A program made the position numbers and the translations under genes. A stretch of 64,000 nt of DNA, taken from Trichoplax adhaerens. Taxonomy: Eukaryota > Animalia > Placozoa. Numbering within the stretch: position 1 is the stretch's first letter; every line of letters begins with the position of its first letter. The stretch covers positions 1,049,562-1,113,561 of the forward strand of contig NW_002060946.1 in assembly GCF_000150275.1 (NCBI RefSeq). The letters are read 5' to 3'. Positions 14,701 to 31,779 of the stretch are shown here, one piece after another. Below the pieces are notes generated by a model, which was given only the letters and a program-made list of their open reading frames with translations, was not told the DNA's origin and made no database searches.

Positions 14701-15110
14701 GTGGATTAGACCCTACGAGTATAGCAAAGGTTGTTTAAATCATTGCTTACCCCCTCTCAACTAAGATGTTCACCATTACACACCGATAATATTGAAAAAT
14801 TTTGTCAATTGACATACTTTTAGTACTTGCGCAAGATGAATTGACGCAACGTCCAACAGATATTCTAAATTTGGCCATTTGTTTTTGACGGACTGAAATA
14901 GGTGCCACGTACAGTACTGTGACATACTGTACTGTGTGACGTGCAGTACTGTACAGTACACTACAGTACGTCACTCGTATGGTCTACAGTGTGTACTGTA
15001 CACAGTACACTGTACTCTAGGACAGTTCACCAGACCAGTGTACTGTACAGTACATTGTACTGTACACTACAGTAAAAGCCTGGAGTACCTTACTCTACAC
15101 TACAGTAGAT
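11780..15110. promoter_or_regulatory. Divergent KDM6/TAF9 promoter region with several TACAG/CTGTA-rich clusters
   Basis: Lies between head-to-head start codons (11046 minus, 15204 plus). Dense clusters at ~12205-12470, 12655-12840, 13845-14050 and 14905-15110. Confidence 0.65.
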
Positions 15111-15203
15111 GCTCATACGCGCCATACAGACAGTACAAACATTGAGACTTACTACGAGTTGGCGAGTACTGGCCAGGCATACTGAGCCATCGAGATTTCC
15201 AAT

Positions 15204-17959
15204 ATGGCGAATGCCAGCAACGAGTTTAATAGCAGCAGTAGCAGTAATACAAGTAAAAATTATCCCAAGGATGCTTTGGTGATAGCAACAATATTGAAAG
15301 AGATGGGGGTTCGGGATTACGAGCCGCGTGTTGTGAGTCAATTACTGGAATTGATATATCGTAAGTATGCAAGTAGATTACAAACGTATTTTCCAGTAGG
15401 TCAATTGCATTCCATATATGTTATGTTAATACTGCAATATGGAGTGCAGTAGCAGCCATTTGTGGCTCAATTCCTTTTCTCTTTGAGACTGTAACGAAAT
15501 GATGTAGTTTTACTAGAAGACTATGATCTTCTGCATCTTTTCCTGGTCAACATGTTAGCGTATTTAGAGGAACTCGATAGTGTATGGTGTCGCCAATACG
15601 AAAGACCGTAATGGACCAAAATTGTAAAAAAAATGACTTGTACTGTGTAGTACAGTACAGCATTTGCTGGATTTCACTCGAAATATCATTAACGATGACA
15701 TGAAAAGTGTACAGTGATTATAATAAGTATACTTACCTATTTCATATTTCTCTAAATTTTGTCCTCTAATGTCTAATAGGCTTGAATCATTAAAATTGTT
15801 GCTTTACCAATATACTTTATTCAACGACTTTGGATACTATGGTATTTGAGAATTGCATAGAATTTGCTGATTAAAATTTCGAGACACATGGCTAGAAAGA
15901 TGCGACTTCAAATTTTACGTCAAGTTATTTCTGCCTAGTTACAGTGTGTCACAATTTTAAAATAAAATGGATTAGCATTGGCGAACCGTAGCCATTTACC
16001 ATGCTACATCCAAAATAGGAAAGAGTATAGATCATAGAATGTAAAGATTCATCTAAATTATTCATCAGCTATTGATTACTACATAAGCTCACGTACAAAT
16101 ACGCGTACATGTAAATCTACACTTTACGATATACTGTACTCGTAAACTTTTATCTACAGCAAGTGATTCCTTTATATGTATTGCGCAGTCTTAACGATGA
16201 TACTGCAGTTATTAAGCTATTATGAGCATTCGAAATGAAATCTGTTAATTATTCTGCAGATTATTATAGTTAACTCCACTGCTGACTACCGGTGTTCTTG
16301 ACACAGTTAAAATATACTTATTTGCTGTCTATGGGCAATTTTTCAACATGACTATTTACTGCCAACGTTCTTGATAAAGTCAATGAAAAATTATGAATCT
16401 CCCACCGAGGTGATAAATCAATGAAAGCTGGCTAAAGCACTCATTTATGATATTTATATAGAACTCACTGAAATTAAAAAGTAAAGTAAGTTAGTTTACA
16501 TCCAATTCTACCCTTGACGTGAGCTGATATGTTGCACGAGTATACCATAAAACCATTGCATCCCGTGTATCCAGCAGCACTCTACCTATCATCGGTGCAT
16601 GTCAAGTGACCACGTAACTTTGTGCATATTCGTATCATACATATTTATACAAGCGTAGGTAAAATATAATATTAGTGACAACCTAATTATTATTATTCAA
16701 GGGTCCCTATTTCGATATGATTGGAAGATTGATTTTAATTTATGTAGTGACTGATATATATACGTTGTACAATGTAACTATCAAGATTACTCTTAAACTG
16801 TATTTTTAATTTTTAAAGCGATAATATGTATACTGTTAACTTATTCATTCGGATATACTAATCGATGTTACAAATATTGATAGGTTATGTAAGTGATATA
16901 CTTGATGATGCTGCCATTTATTCCAATCATGCTCAAAAGAAGCAGTTAGACGCTGATGATACGCGCTTGGCCATTAAGAATTTCATTGATCAATCATTTA
17001 CATCTCCTCCACCACGTGATGTATGACCATAATTAAGTGAAGTCAAAATTAATGCTCTATCTTCGTATATCTTTATATTTCTTTTCCTATTGTAACAGTT
17101 TCTAGTTGGTGTTGCACGTCAAAGGAATGATACTCCTTTACCGATAGTTCAGGTTAAAAATGGCTTAAGATTACCGCCTGAAAGATACTGCATGTCTTCC
17201 GCCAATTACCACCTGAAGCCTTCTGCCCGAAAGGTAGCGCAGTGCACGTTGCTAGTGTAGCGTATATATATGTTATCCTACAGTGTTTTGCAAGTTCGCT
17301 TTTAACCTTTACTATACATTTTATCTTCTATCGCATTACATGAAAGTCTTCTAGTCGACATGGCCATAATCAAAATGCTGCGCCTTCTGGCTCTAAATTA
17401 CATAACACCAATCCTGTACCTACAAATGCGAACAGCGTCAATTCATCTAAAAGCTCAGCTGCCGCTACTGCTTCCAGTTCCAATAATCGTCCCAGCGGCC
17501 GCGTAGATAAGCATAGTAAGATAGTTTTGCGTCATTAAATCTTATTTTGAGAATTTAAGGAAATTTACTGTGTTATACAGTATTTGCAGCTAATCAGTTC
17601 CGTCATGTCTAAGTTTCACGCATTAATGTTGCCTAATGTATGGATCTCATTACTTGAATATAGAAGACTCATCAAATGTGCCCGGATCAAAGCATCCGAT
17701 CAAAATGCCTTCTACCTACAATAGCATACCTAATATTGTTAGAGAGCAACCGTTATCTGTTACTCCTAATGCAGAATTGGCACCAACTATTAGCGATTCA
17801 TCCTCTAAAACAAAAAATTCAGCTACAACAATTGCAAGTACTGAGCAATATGGGTCTAGTTTAAAAAGAGGCTCTGAAGAAAACTCCAGTGAAAGTGCAA
17901 CGGCCGATAATAAGCTAGCAGTTGGCCCACCTGCGAAAAGGAAAAAGGATGATGTCTAG
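15204..17959 (+). CDS. TAF9: TFIID subunit 9 (TAF9), 5 exons: 15204-15360, 16884-17020, 17099-17233, 17347-17515, 17664-17959
   Basis: The spliced translation gives the TAF9 histone fold [42 protein letters not shown], then [10 protein letters not shown] and [10 protein letters not shown]. All introns are GT-AG and the frame is consistent. A Ser-rich tail ends in a basic NLS-like PPAKRKK. Confidence 0.93.
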
Positions 17960-18678
17960 CCTTCACGGTTTACATCTGCGTAAGACTTTTGGCCTTGTAC
18001 ATTATTTAGTTGTTTTTGTACTATAGCTTACGGTGTACTCGTTAGTTTGCCGTATTGACGGTACTTGCTAAGATGTACTCTTATATAGCGGTACAAGTTC
18101 GATAACCTGATTAGGTTAAACTATTCTGAAATTATATTTGTACATGAGACGGGCAACTGCTTTATACTGTTTTGCCAAAAATGTAACTCTAATAATGTTA
18201 AATTTAGGTTATCGTGATTTAAACGCTGTGAAGAGTTGATTTTTTGAGTATACTGTACAAACACAAATTCATGTTTTCGCTAGCTTACTAGTACTTACCT
18301 GCCTTTCCGAACATAAATAAATACGATAATGCGTCATGATTCGGTATAGATGAACAAGCGCGTACTTTGGAAATCTTATTACCGCAATGTTTATAGAATT
18401 TTACCTGCATACTACAGATACTGGTTACCGACTATTATTGATTAAATTACAATTATTTATGTTCAACTGCCGTGGAATAACAACTAATAAGTTGGAAATA
18501 TTTTCGATTTATGCGTAAACCCAGAATCAGAATTTTAAAATAGGTTATATCTCTTATTTAGTAATTTTATGGCAGCACGGCATATATTGGTTGATATTTT
18601 TATTGTAATGAAGTAATAGCTCAATATTTTAGTTCCAAATCAGATTAGAATGGCTTATTATAAAATCTAGGTCCATTG

Positions 18679-21600
18679 TTAGTTTTGTTGCATGTCATTA
18701 ATGGCTTTTAAAAGTTCTGACGTTTTACTGAGGTTATTGTCGATCAGATCGTTGATACACTCCATTTGAAATTTCTCGGTATTCACATAATTCAAGTCTT
18801 TCACTGTTGCAAGATTTTCAGTTATGTTTGCCGACCATGGTTGCCATATTGATAGTGAAGCTAATATGCTGTAAAGGAAAACACACATTCTCGACTGTGT
18901 ACATTCGTACAGTATTGTTTGGATACTAGATTTGCAAAAAATCAGCTGTAAATTTGGGATTAGTTTCTATACTTGGACTACTTTTACATCAAGAGCTCAA
19001 AAATTGATAGGATACCATTGAATCGTTTCAATTCTTGCTGCTTTTGCATTATAGCACTGTAAAGTTGATCGAATAGCGAAAATGGTAAATAAGTGGAGTT
19101 TCGTAGTTACGACTATTTCAATGAACAAAGTGTACTGCGTTACAGAAATGGTAAGAAGAATGACCTGTGAACATTGTTGTCCCATATTGTATTGTTATAG
19201 AACCTGCTACATCTTTCCTTGCTATTAGAAAATGCCCACTTACACCAGTTGCTTGCATGTTTGGCATACCTAGCAAATGATTACATTCCTTTTAAATTGT
19301 AATGAAGTAAGCACAGTATCAGCTAAAGAATGAACTAAAGTCTGATACTAAAATTAAAAAATGATAGCTGTTAAATAAATGTCGCGCGATCGAGTTTACC
19401 TATAATAATTGTAATGTGCTTCGGTCTCTGCAGGAATAAGCGTAACATTTCCATTTGGAAGTATCAATTCATACTGCGGAGAAGTTATATTTTCTTTCAG
19501 CAAGTAGCGTCCGTTGAGCATGATCCCATCGTTAAAGTGAATATGTATTCGTCCTGTACTATACGCAATAAATCTGCCCAATTCGGTGATTGTGATATCT
19601 TCTTTCATAGGCTGCGTTTTTCGTTGTAATGCATTCGCAGAATTGGATTTCTTCTATGTAATATTACATTTCATTAGGAAATAAATTTAAACACTATAGT
19701 GCTACATTCAATTAAAAGCTTAATCCTTCTTACTAAGGTCGGTTTTGCGTCAGGATATTTATCCGGAGTATAAGATACAGTGACTTTTTGCCTTAGCGTT
19801 GAAGGCAAGCGCTTAATTTGAAAGAAGAACTTTAGGGACTGGAAAATAATTCTTTTCAACTCTGCTTGTGCACTTAACAAGTCATTCCAGAGCTGCAGTT
19901 TATACTGCGTCGAATAAGTCAACTGTTGGAGCTTTCGAATTTGGGCAAAAATTTTAACAATTTAAGATGCTGCATTTTGATAACATCTCATTATGAAGTA
20001 TCACACGTAAATGTACGCAGTGGCGTTAGTCTACCTGTTTTAAGGAAGTGTCATACGAATAGAAATCAAAATAATTGGCAAATTCTCCTCTAGAAACCAA
20101 ATAAGCTCCATTTGGCAGTAAAACTTCTACTCGAAGGTGGTCATAAAAAAATCTGCAGTCACAGACATAGATATAGAATAATATATTAGCATGTAGTAGA
20201 CTCTGTCTATACTTGTAGTTTTACACATTAAGATAGTCATTTTCTAAATGATTATAGTAGATTTAATTTTATTTATTTTATTATATATAATTATAGATGT
20301 GTAGGTAATTTTCAATACCAGTTTGCATCTAGTAGAAGATTCGTACGTATACTGATCGTTATACGAACGAAATTTTCTACTAGATGCAAAATTAAATTAA
20401 TTATAATCGTTATAATTACCGGTAGTGGCAGTTGTTCGCAATAATAATACTTATTAGCTTGTTATCTGTTAAATTTTGTGTTGGTGGCTCCGAATCCCTA
20501 TTGAATATAGGGAATGGTACGTGTACCAACAAATCATCGTTATCGCTGGCGCATTCATCAGGTGTCTTTTCGTCATTATCTGTATCTTCCTTTCGATTCG
20601 CTATTAAAAAATAATGAAATTGAGATTGTGAACTGTCGAAGGTTATCTGATGAAAGTTATGTAATTTGAATGGTATCGCGTAATCTATTTACCGCTACCG
20701 ATAACGTCTAGAGCTAAGTGCATGGGATGTCGCCAACATTCTAAAGCGGAACGAATACTATATTGTTGAACTATTTCGGAGTATTCTTCGTCTCCATTTG
20801 AATCGATACATTTAGCAATAAATTTCACGGTAAAGCTTTGCTGGTGATTTTTCAGAATTAATGTGGCTGCATTGTTGAGAGCAGTGACAGTTACTGAACC
20901 ATTTGAGTTTCTTTTCACATGTGGATGTCCGGAAGCTTTGGGCCAGATTGCAATAGGTGAGTACCGGTTTTTGATCTAAATACGCGTATACAGTATATCA
21001 ATATCGGGATAATTCATGCAGTTGTGCGTGAGTACGACTGTACGAGTGCAGTAGTTGTTAGTTGTAACATAGATTCCGTAAGATAATTGATTTAGAAATG
21101 GATTTACATACCGTTATCTATGACGTTTTACATATTTTTAATAGATAACTGTATAGTTTTATTAGTTTTATAATATTATTATCTATAAACTGATAATTAT
21201 ATAATTCATGTTGAAATCGATTTACTATAAATTGACTGACTTTTTCAATACAGTTTGGGTACAGTTATGTCTAAGGGAGATTAGTGTTGTGCTACTGTTC
21301 CTCCAAGCGATAGGAGATCGTCAGTATTTAAGGTCGTACTGTACAGTAGGTTAATGTCAGGGAGGACAAACCTGACAATAGACTTATAGTGTGGAGTTTC
21401 TATAATAGTTTAACATTTTCCTCATTACAAATTTCGATTTGTACCACTGTTAATAACTTTCACAGCAGTCTATATCAGTACGTGTACTTCCAACACTAAT
21501 TACTTTAAAGTAAGATTGATATTGGTATGTGTACGGTTTAGACTTTAGTAATATAATCTCTGATAATATGAAAGGTCCTACTTCTGTGCATATATAATAC

Positions 21601-22019
21601 TATCCAAATGAATGTTGCGTAGTTTTGCATTTGCTTTTAACAAGTGTTTGTATTTATACGGCACAATGGTAGCAGTATACGTGCAGTAATACTTTAAGGT
21701 AGTCAAGCTTTCTCACCTCTTTATGTTCTGGATTAGATATCCCACAGCACGGATATAAAGTATATAGATTTCTTGTTTTTATCATGTAGTGAATTTTTTT
21801 CTGATTTCGAGATGTTGCAAAACGTGTCATTTGTTTAATCGCTTTATTGTTGGAAAATGGCATAGAATGATTTAGTATCGTTGTATAGTTTCCACATTTT
21901 GAGAGTGTCATTGCTAATCCGTCACAAAATCTAGCTTCCACCATGCCGTTGCAATAGACGATCGTCTGCCAAGGATAATCATCTTTGGCGTTGATATCAT
22001 GATTATCCTGATAAGACAT
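18679..22019 (-). CDS. C5orf34: C5orf34-like protein (DUF4524 N-terminus, DUF4520 C-terminus), multi-exon; 3' exons approximate
   Basis: Exons 22019-21717 (IVYCNGMVEARFCDGLAMTLSKCG), 20975-20693 (QSFTVKFIAK...ECWRHPMHLAL), 20600-20420, ~20152-20035, and ~19400-19610 (GRFIAYSTGRIHIHFNDGIML) resemble the recalled human C5orf34 motifs. GT-AG boundaries are visible. The probable last exon is ~18925-18679. Confidence 0.75.
20322..20390. repeat. 69-nt hairpin/inverted repeat in a C5orf34-like intron
   Basis: TTTGCATCTAGTAGAA and TTCTACTAGATGCAAA form a perfect 16-bp stem, extended by TTCGTACGTATA / TATACGAACGAA around a short loop. Confidence 0.9.
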
Positions 22020-22589
22020 TTGGATACCTTGAATGCTATACGCATATATATAGATGTACTCGTATTTGTATTAATAAGTTAGTGTCTATGTTTACGAATT
22101 AAGGTCCAGTAACAATTAATTAATTAATAAATGATAAAATGTAGTTTCCTTCATAAGGGCTACTAGAGTAGTCCTTGGTGTTGAAGATGAAACCAACTGA
22201 CTAGAGCCAACTATAGTAATGGCAAGATGATAGATGGATCTAAACGAATCATTATTGGAAATTAGAAAGATAAAATAAGTATTTACAGTACAACTATTGC
22301 AAACATCAATTTGTTATTATTGACCACTGACCAGTACATTGGCCTACAGTACAGTATATCTAGCGCATTCCAATCAGTTCATCAAGACTATACTATGCAA
22401 CTGTATACGCTGTAAATCAAAGTATTCGATCGTTGAAAGAATCCACACTTTATACTTTGGCCGATGGCTCTTTTAACCTCGAAATTAGGGAGATGTTGGA
22501 GCAGTTTGCAATGGATGCCAACATTTACTCATTGACTGGTCGTTAGAAACATTTTTAAACCTTGAGCTAGTTACCGCGCTTTCAGTCCA

Positions 22590-23560
22590 GTACGGGCTAC
22601 TTGTACCGTACACTATGTACTGTCAGTACTGTGTACAGTATGTGTTAGTACAGTACAGTACAGTACATTGTACCGTATTTGGTACAGTATCTTGTACTGT
22701 AATAAGTTCACTGTGTTGCTTAAGGTTTTCTAATGGAGTCTACAGTACGTCGAGTACTGTAGAGTACATCATAACAGTCACGGTGGCATGACATCATTTT
22801 TGCTCTTAATGGGCTCAGGCAGTACTGTGTCACTCCATAACGCAAGTCAGAGTTCAAGGAGTGACTCGTTGGTACAAATCACTTTACCACCGACAGACGA
22901 CAGCACACCGTGTACTGTACAGTACGTACAGTACAGTGCACGTGTGACGTGTCATGCTGCACCCTGTGGCTTACTGTAGTGTGTCTATTTGAAGGTGCGC
23001 ATTCCTTCACGCTGTCGTTTACAGTGTACAGGACTGTCAGTTCTCTTGAATAAATTCGAGGCAAAATAAATTGCAGTAAAGCTGTAAAATTGGCCTAAAA
23101 TTTGATATAGACAGATCGATGAAGGAACGATCTATCCACTTTTAAAACTGTAATGCAGTAAATATCGTCCTGATTTGAAATATACAGTACGTTAGCCTGG
23201 TTTTACAGTTGACACTTTTAGAAGCAATCGGTTAGTACAGACGTACAGTACAGTAAAAATAACATCTGACGTCATGGGCAGATCGGACGTTAGGGCTGGT
23301 GAGTTGTAGTCAAGTCACTCCGGTGTGCTGTTTTGGCAGAGTACTGTACAGTACATTCCACTAGAGTACAGTACCATGACTACAGTCTACAGTATAGCAC
23401 AGTACTGTACGATACATCTGTCCATCTGTAGTCCCAGTCATGTCCTGGATTTTTTCCCGTACTAAAACCACTCTACAGTACCATGAACTGTGCTAGAAAA
23501 ATACAGTACAGTACTACACTGGATTAGGCTTTCCTTCTACTGCACAGTATCGTAGCACAG
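22590..23560. promoter_or_regulatory. Bidirectional promoter region C5orf34/RAB6
   Basis: Lies between head-to-head genes. Contains TACAG/CTGTA clusters, a perfect CRE palindrome TGACGTCA (23267-23274) and TGACGTG (22945-22951). Confidence 0.65.
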
Positions 23561-23641
23561 TACTGTGGTTCGATTAGTGGTCTTAAGCCAGTGCCAACTG
23601 ATCGAATCCCTCACCAGTTTGAAACAACTATCACTCATTAA

Positions 23642-26623
<2,982 letters not shown>

Positions 26624-27670
26624 TCGGACTTGAAAAATCATGAATTGATCCAACGAAACTACAAGTTTACTATAAGCGGTATTTAACTACAGCAGTTTTG
26701 ATATTGCATCTTGGTATTAAGAATTCGCAACACGTTGTTCTAGTACAGTATTAGTATCGATTGTTTGGCAATCATCGATAATTAATTTGTGAAGACTTTA
26801 TTTCAGAATAACGTGAAACTTATTATATGATTTATATCCTTCAGTTCGTATTTGACAAAGTTAGCCGATTGCCAGTGGATTGGATAACAGTCTGTAATAC
26901 GTACTATAATAACATGCTAAATATTGTGATAGAATAGATTAATGCTTCGGTATTTTACTCGAGGTTAATGGTATTTTTCATTGCTGTTGTAATATAACCT
27001 TTAAGATGTAATGCCTAGTGTAGTGATGCAACTCTACTTACTAACTTACAGTGAATACAAAATGAGACGATGTTATTATTATGGATATAATTTAAACCTC
27101 TTTGGGCGATCGATAGTACTGTTGGTTAACTAGTCCTCAATTACCATTACCATTAAAAAACTAGATTTCTATACGAGAAAAGTACAAAAATTTTGTTTTT
27201 GGCGGCTGTACCTTATATTATAACTGGTACTGCCGTATAGTACATTTTAAAGTACTGTACACATAAAATGCAGCGTTGCCTGTTATAGATCGAATGTAAA
27301 TTGCATGTCTTGTCCAATAAATTATCCCGTTGTTGGAGCATTTTAAATCTTGGATATAATTTGTTGCTCAATTGAACTAACATCTGTAAACAGCTACTTC
27401 ACTTCAGTGTTATAAAGTTTTCATACGGAAATTGAAAAATAGTACAATAAATTCTAAAAAAATGTACCGTAGATTTTCATAACTTAAATGTAAAATTAAT
27501 TAATCCGGTAACATTTACGAATATGGATTAAACTATAAATTGTGGAGCTGATCCATAAATATTGATTGTAATGAATAGCAGCTTCAACTAGCAAAATTGC
27601 AGACTGTAGATTAAGTTCCTTATTCATAAAGTGATCGTTCTTTTATTTACTGATACGGATATTCCACCAG

Positions 27671-30600
27671 TCATTCTCCAGCGCAAACTTGTTGCATGAT
27701 ATGACTACATAATTTCATCATTTGTAAATATTCGTCAGCACCGTCCATTAAGCATTTATCAATTTCCTATTGTTCCGAAATACACGTACGATATTATAAC
27801 TGCAGTTGTTGTATCAATTTCTGCATCATTTCGAAGATATCAGTAAAAGATCTAGTATACGTAAAACGATTTTACTTTACTGCACGAGCATTACTTACCG
27901 CCATCATCTGAGCTAAAAACGACTTTTTCTTATCAGACAGTTCATCTACGTCAACGATTTTGTCATGGAGCTTCGAATTGTAAAATAGTAAACTCATTAG
28001 TAAGTGCTACTTTAATGAAATTGAGTTTAACTTTCCGCGAGCTGTTTGCAAAATAAGATATTAATAACTTACTTGAGATAGTAGTTGATATGCGGAGTAA
28101 CTATCAGCAATTACATTCTGACACGAGAACATGAAAAATAGCGAGATTTAATAACTTTTAATGCTGCCGTGAAAATCGAGCATTAGAAGCCATTTCAAAC
28201 TTGGTAAGAAAGGTTTCAAGAATAGTTTACTACAGTATATTAAATCAAATTGTCCTTAATGTAAAGAAAGATACTTTTAAGCTTGTTTTATCGAAAGCTG
28301 TATAAAAGCTGTTATTCTACGTTCTTAAGTAAAATACAAGTTGTTGACCGAGGTTCGAAAGTTTTCATCTTGGTGTACCTGTATTATTTTATCCAACTTT
28401 TCGTAAGAATTCAGGCGGCAAGTTTCGAGAATAGAGTCGATTAGTGCATCAGGTATAACCTAATATGGTAAAATCAGGATATTTTAAATTGGTCTTCCTT
28501 TGTATTACTAACGTAGCACTAGCTATCGAGAAGTACAGTCCAGTTACCCCAGCGCTTTCGATTATTCTCTCAGAAGTAATACGCTTATCGTTATACAATC
28601 GTGATACACTTTGTATATAGGTAATAGCCTACGATGAAAGCAACAACAGGCACAGATAAAACCTATCAAGTAATTGGTTAGGTACTATAATTTTTTATAT
28701 TTTAGGAAGTCTCGAATATCTGCTATGGGAGTCTATAAAATGTTTTATTCCTACCTTTCTCATGTCACCTTCTGATATAGATATTATGTTCCGTAAGGCC
28801 TACAACGACAGATGGGTACATTTTATATATGTGTTTTAGCTATTTGGAATATTTCTTCAACTATCCTTCATAATAATAAACAAGTAGTATTGTAACAGCA
28901 CCTACTATGCTAAATAACACATCGGAATACTATCTTACATCAACTATTAGTATTATGGTTTACTTACTTGTTTATCACAGTCTAGGTTTTCTTTTTCGGA
29001 AATTGCACTTAAGTGGTGTAATAATATATTTTCCGGCAGTGGCTTGAAGCGAAATTTGGAACAGCGAGAAGTCAAAGGCTCTATAATTCTATAAAAGCGA
29101 AGCCAATTTTTTATCAATCTCAAATGACTATCGTCAGAATGCTATTTTGTGCACTGTATCCGTAGATCTTATGTAAAGTATAGTAGTCAGTTGCAATTGG
29201 CAGCTAGTGTGCGTTAATAACTGAACAACCTATCTCATGCCATTTGATGTAGCTTACCTACTAACATAGTTACATATTAAACAAAATCTAGTAGTTTTCG
29301 AATACTTTTCCATTGTTCGCCGAAGTGCAGCCTATGTAGTAGTGAGTAATGTAATGCATAGATAAGGTAATAAGCAAGAAATTGAAAGCTATAAATGCAA
29401 TATACTGTATATGTTTGTGTACCTGTGCAGCATGGGTCATGGAATCGGCTTCATCTAATATTATTATTTTAAAGGGAGGGCAAGGTGTACCACTGCATTA
29501 ACAAATTAAATAGTAATGCCGATAAATTTTTGTAGTCATTACAAATTGATTTCAAATACAAGCATTGCAACAAACAACTGATTAAATTGATGTAGAATGC
29601 TATATATTATACTGGTATGAACAATTAAACCATAGGATGGTATATCGTTGGGTCACAGTTGACCGAGCAAAGCAATGACTTACTCAGGCCGTTGATTGGC
29701 AACCGATAGCTGTGCAAATGTCTTTATTTTCTCACGAATGACCTTTCATTATTATACGAAAACATCAAAGATTACATAGACTAAGTATTCTTCGTGAATA
29801 CGAACGCAGATTTAACCTTTAATGTAATACCCACTACATGTACAGACGGATATACGAAAGAGCGTCTACTTTAAATACTTGTACTGTATTGACTGTGTGG
29901 GTAATGTTCTCAAAATACAAGTATACTTTCTACACGCATTAAATTTTACTATATTCAAAGTATAACAAACAAGGGTTCGATTACTAAGTAAGTATTGTAA
30001 CTATTGGTAGTACTGTACAGTAGTGCATCATAACTAGTTATTGCGTATTCAATCAATTAATTCGCAACAAGATGCTAGATATGAGGACGTATAATTTTAA
30101 TTATAACTATATGCTTTACCTGGATGCCACGATCATCGGATGCATTTAATTCCAGGACTCTCGATCTATAAATATCCGATCTAATCGGAATAAATCAGGA
30201 CGCTTTAAAAAGAGTTTCAGCAATAGCAAAGAAAACAGTTGCTACACTGTGCCTTTTACCCTTTCGCAAATAACACGTTGGATATCTCGTAGTATTTTAG
30301 ATAATAATCTTACAATAAAGTATTATTTTACATATTTTTGAAACTTCTACTGTACGTATGTGTTAAAAGAGTTACTTTGTCCAAGCGCTACGTTAAATTT
30401 ATCGTGAAAGACAAGGAGGAATTGATTACAGTTTCTTAAGTACTGAGGAGTACCGTTACTACAGTAGTACTTGTGGTACTACGTACAGTAGAATGGCATT
30501 GCTTGCATGCACTTACGCGTCTATAGCATAGCAGTCATGCATATATGGGCAACGTTATATGAATATAAATGATAAAAGTAATAGCTGCACAAATCGGATA

Positions 30601-31296
30601 TAATCTATTTTCTATTGCTGTAGTTCTGAGTAAAAAAAGGCATACTGTATGCTTTTACAAGACGTATCGTCTTGTAATGGCAAGTAGATGTAGAGAGTGC
30701 AAGGAAAGTACAAAATATGTAGAGCTACACTATAGCAGAAACAAATATTGAACAGTATACAGTACGTTATGTAATATATAATTTTACAAAATTCTCTGCA
30801 TAGTGGTTATAAAGTACTGTCTATTCAATGCGTGCAATCAAGGTGTACCCGTAGAGATGTCTTGCTGCAGCTAAAATAGTAGAAGTTTTGCCAGTGCCTG
30901 GAGGACCATAGAACAAGAAATTGGGTAGCTGCAAGTAGAATATCCGTATGAATACATTTAAAAATTACCCTTTGATTACAAGACGTTGCATTTCAATTTG
31001 TCCTATTGACATATGAACTGTACAGTGTAGAATCATGACATCATGCAGGTAAGTGGACCTACATCTGCACCTTGCAGGCATTTCCTCAAGACGGATACCA
31101 CTTCATCTTGATGTGCAACATCATCGATCGATCTTGGCCGGCTATCATAACCAAAATGGAGTCAAAAAATGGAATACCAAGTATAATAACATTGTAGTAA
31201 AGCATGTTTCTATACGTACTATTTTTCAACCCATGGGACGCTGACATTACTAGAGGATTTTCGTTCACCATCGGTTGGCATTATTTCCGAGCTCAT
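27671..31296 (-). CDS. RFC4: Replication factor C subunit 4 (AAA+ clamp loader), multi-exon
   Basis: Exons give [21 protein letters not shown], Walker [16 protein letters not shown] (~30928-30849), [20 protein letters not shown], the RFC4-type [57 protein letters not shown] and the C-terminal [13 protein letters not shown]...GE*. ATG at 31296; TGA at 27673-27671. Confidence 0.93.
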
Positions 31297-31451
31297 ATTT
31301 ATTTTCTTTCCCGCCAGCTCTGTTGTGGTTTGTTGCATACGGGGACTTGTAAGTTCTAGTGGCCCGCAACACGAAGTCCCTAGCGCTATCCGTCCAGTAC
31401 TACAGTACCGTATTGTAGCCTTTACAGTGCACAGTACGATGTACTGTGCAC

Positions 31452-31779
31452 TGTAGACTAGGGGTCTGGACCAGACCGAACCAGACCATACAGAGAAGAC
31501 TGTAGATACTGTACGATTAGACCTGTCATACGATCAATACAACTCATACATGTACATGTTTGAGAGTCGTGCAGCACTGTTAGTATGAGTCATCGTGTAC
31601 AGTGTACAGTACTGTAGCACTGACTGTCAAGACTACTGTACTGTACACTGTACACTGTACACGATGACTCATACAGTACTAACACTCATACAGTACAGTA
31701 TATGTATGAGTCGTATGATCGTATCTACTGTACTCTTCGCTTCTGGTCTGGTTCGGTCTGGTCCGGACCCTAGTCTACA
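31452..31779. repeat. Long nested inverted repeat (palindrome) in the RFC4/RIC8 bidirectional promoter
   Basis: Outer arms 31452-31488 and 31744-31779 differ by 1 mismatch and 1 indel. Inner arms 31583-31610 and 31647-31674 match perfectly over 28 bp. The intermediate segments are partly complementary. Confidence 0.92.

Noticed and set aside
12160-15145. Many Cys/Thr/Val/Tyr-rich short ORFs (also at 22788-23064 and 31595-31947)
   Set aside because: They are translations of the TACAG/CTGTA repeats, overlap in several frames and show no domain.
16513-16606. Weak hairpin in TAF9 intron 1 (cttgacgtg...catgtcaag)
   Set aside because: The pairing is too short and interrupted to distinguish from chance.
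15204-17959. AK6 sharing the TAF9 locus as in vertebrates
   Set aside because: No adenylate-kinase P-loop exon was recognised in or near TAF9.
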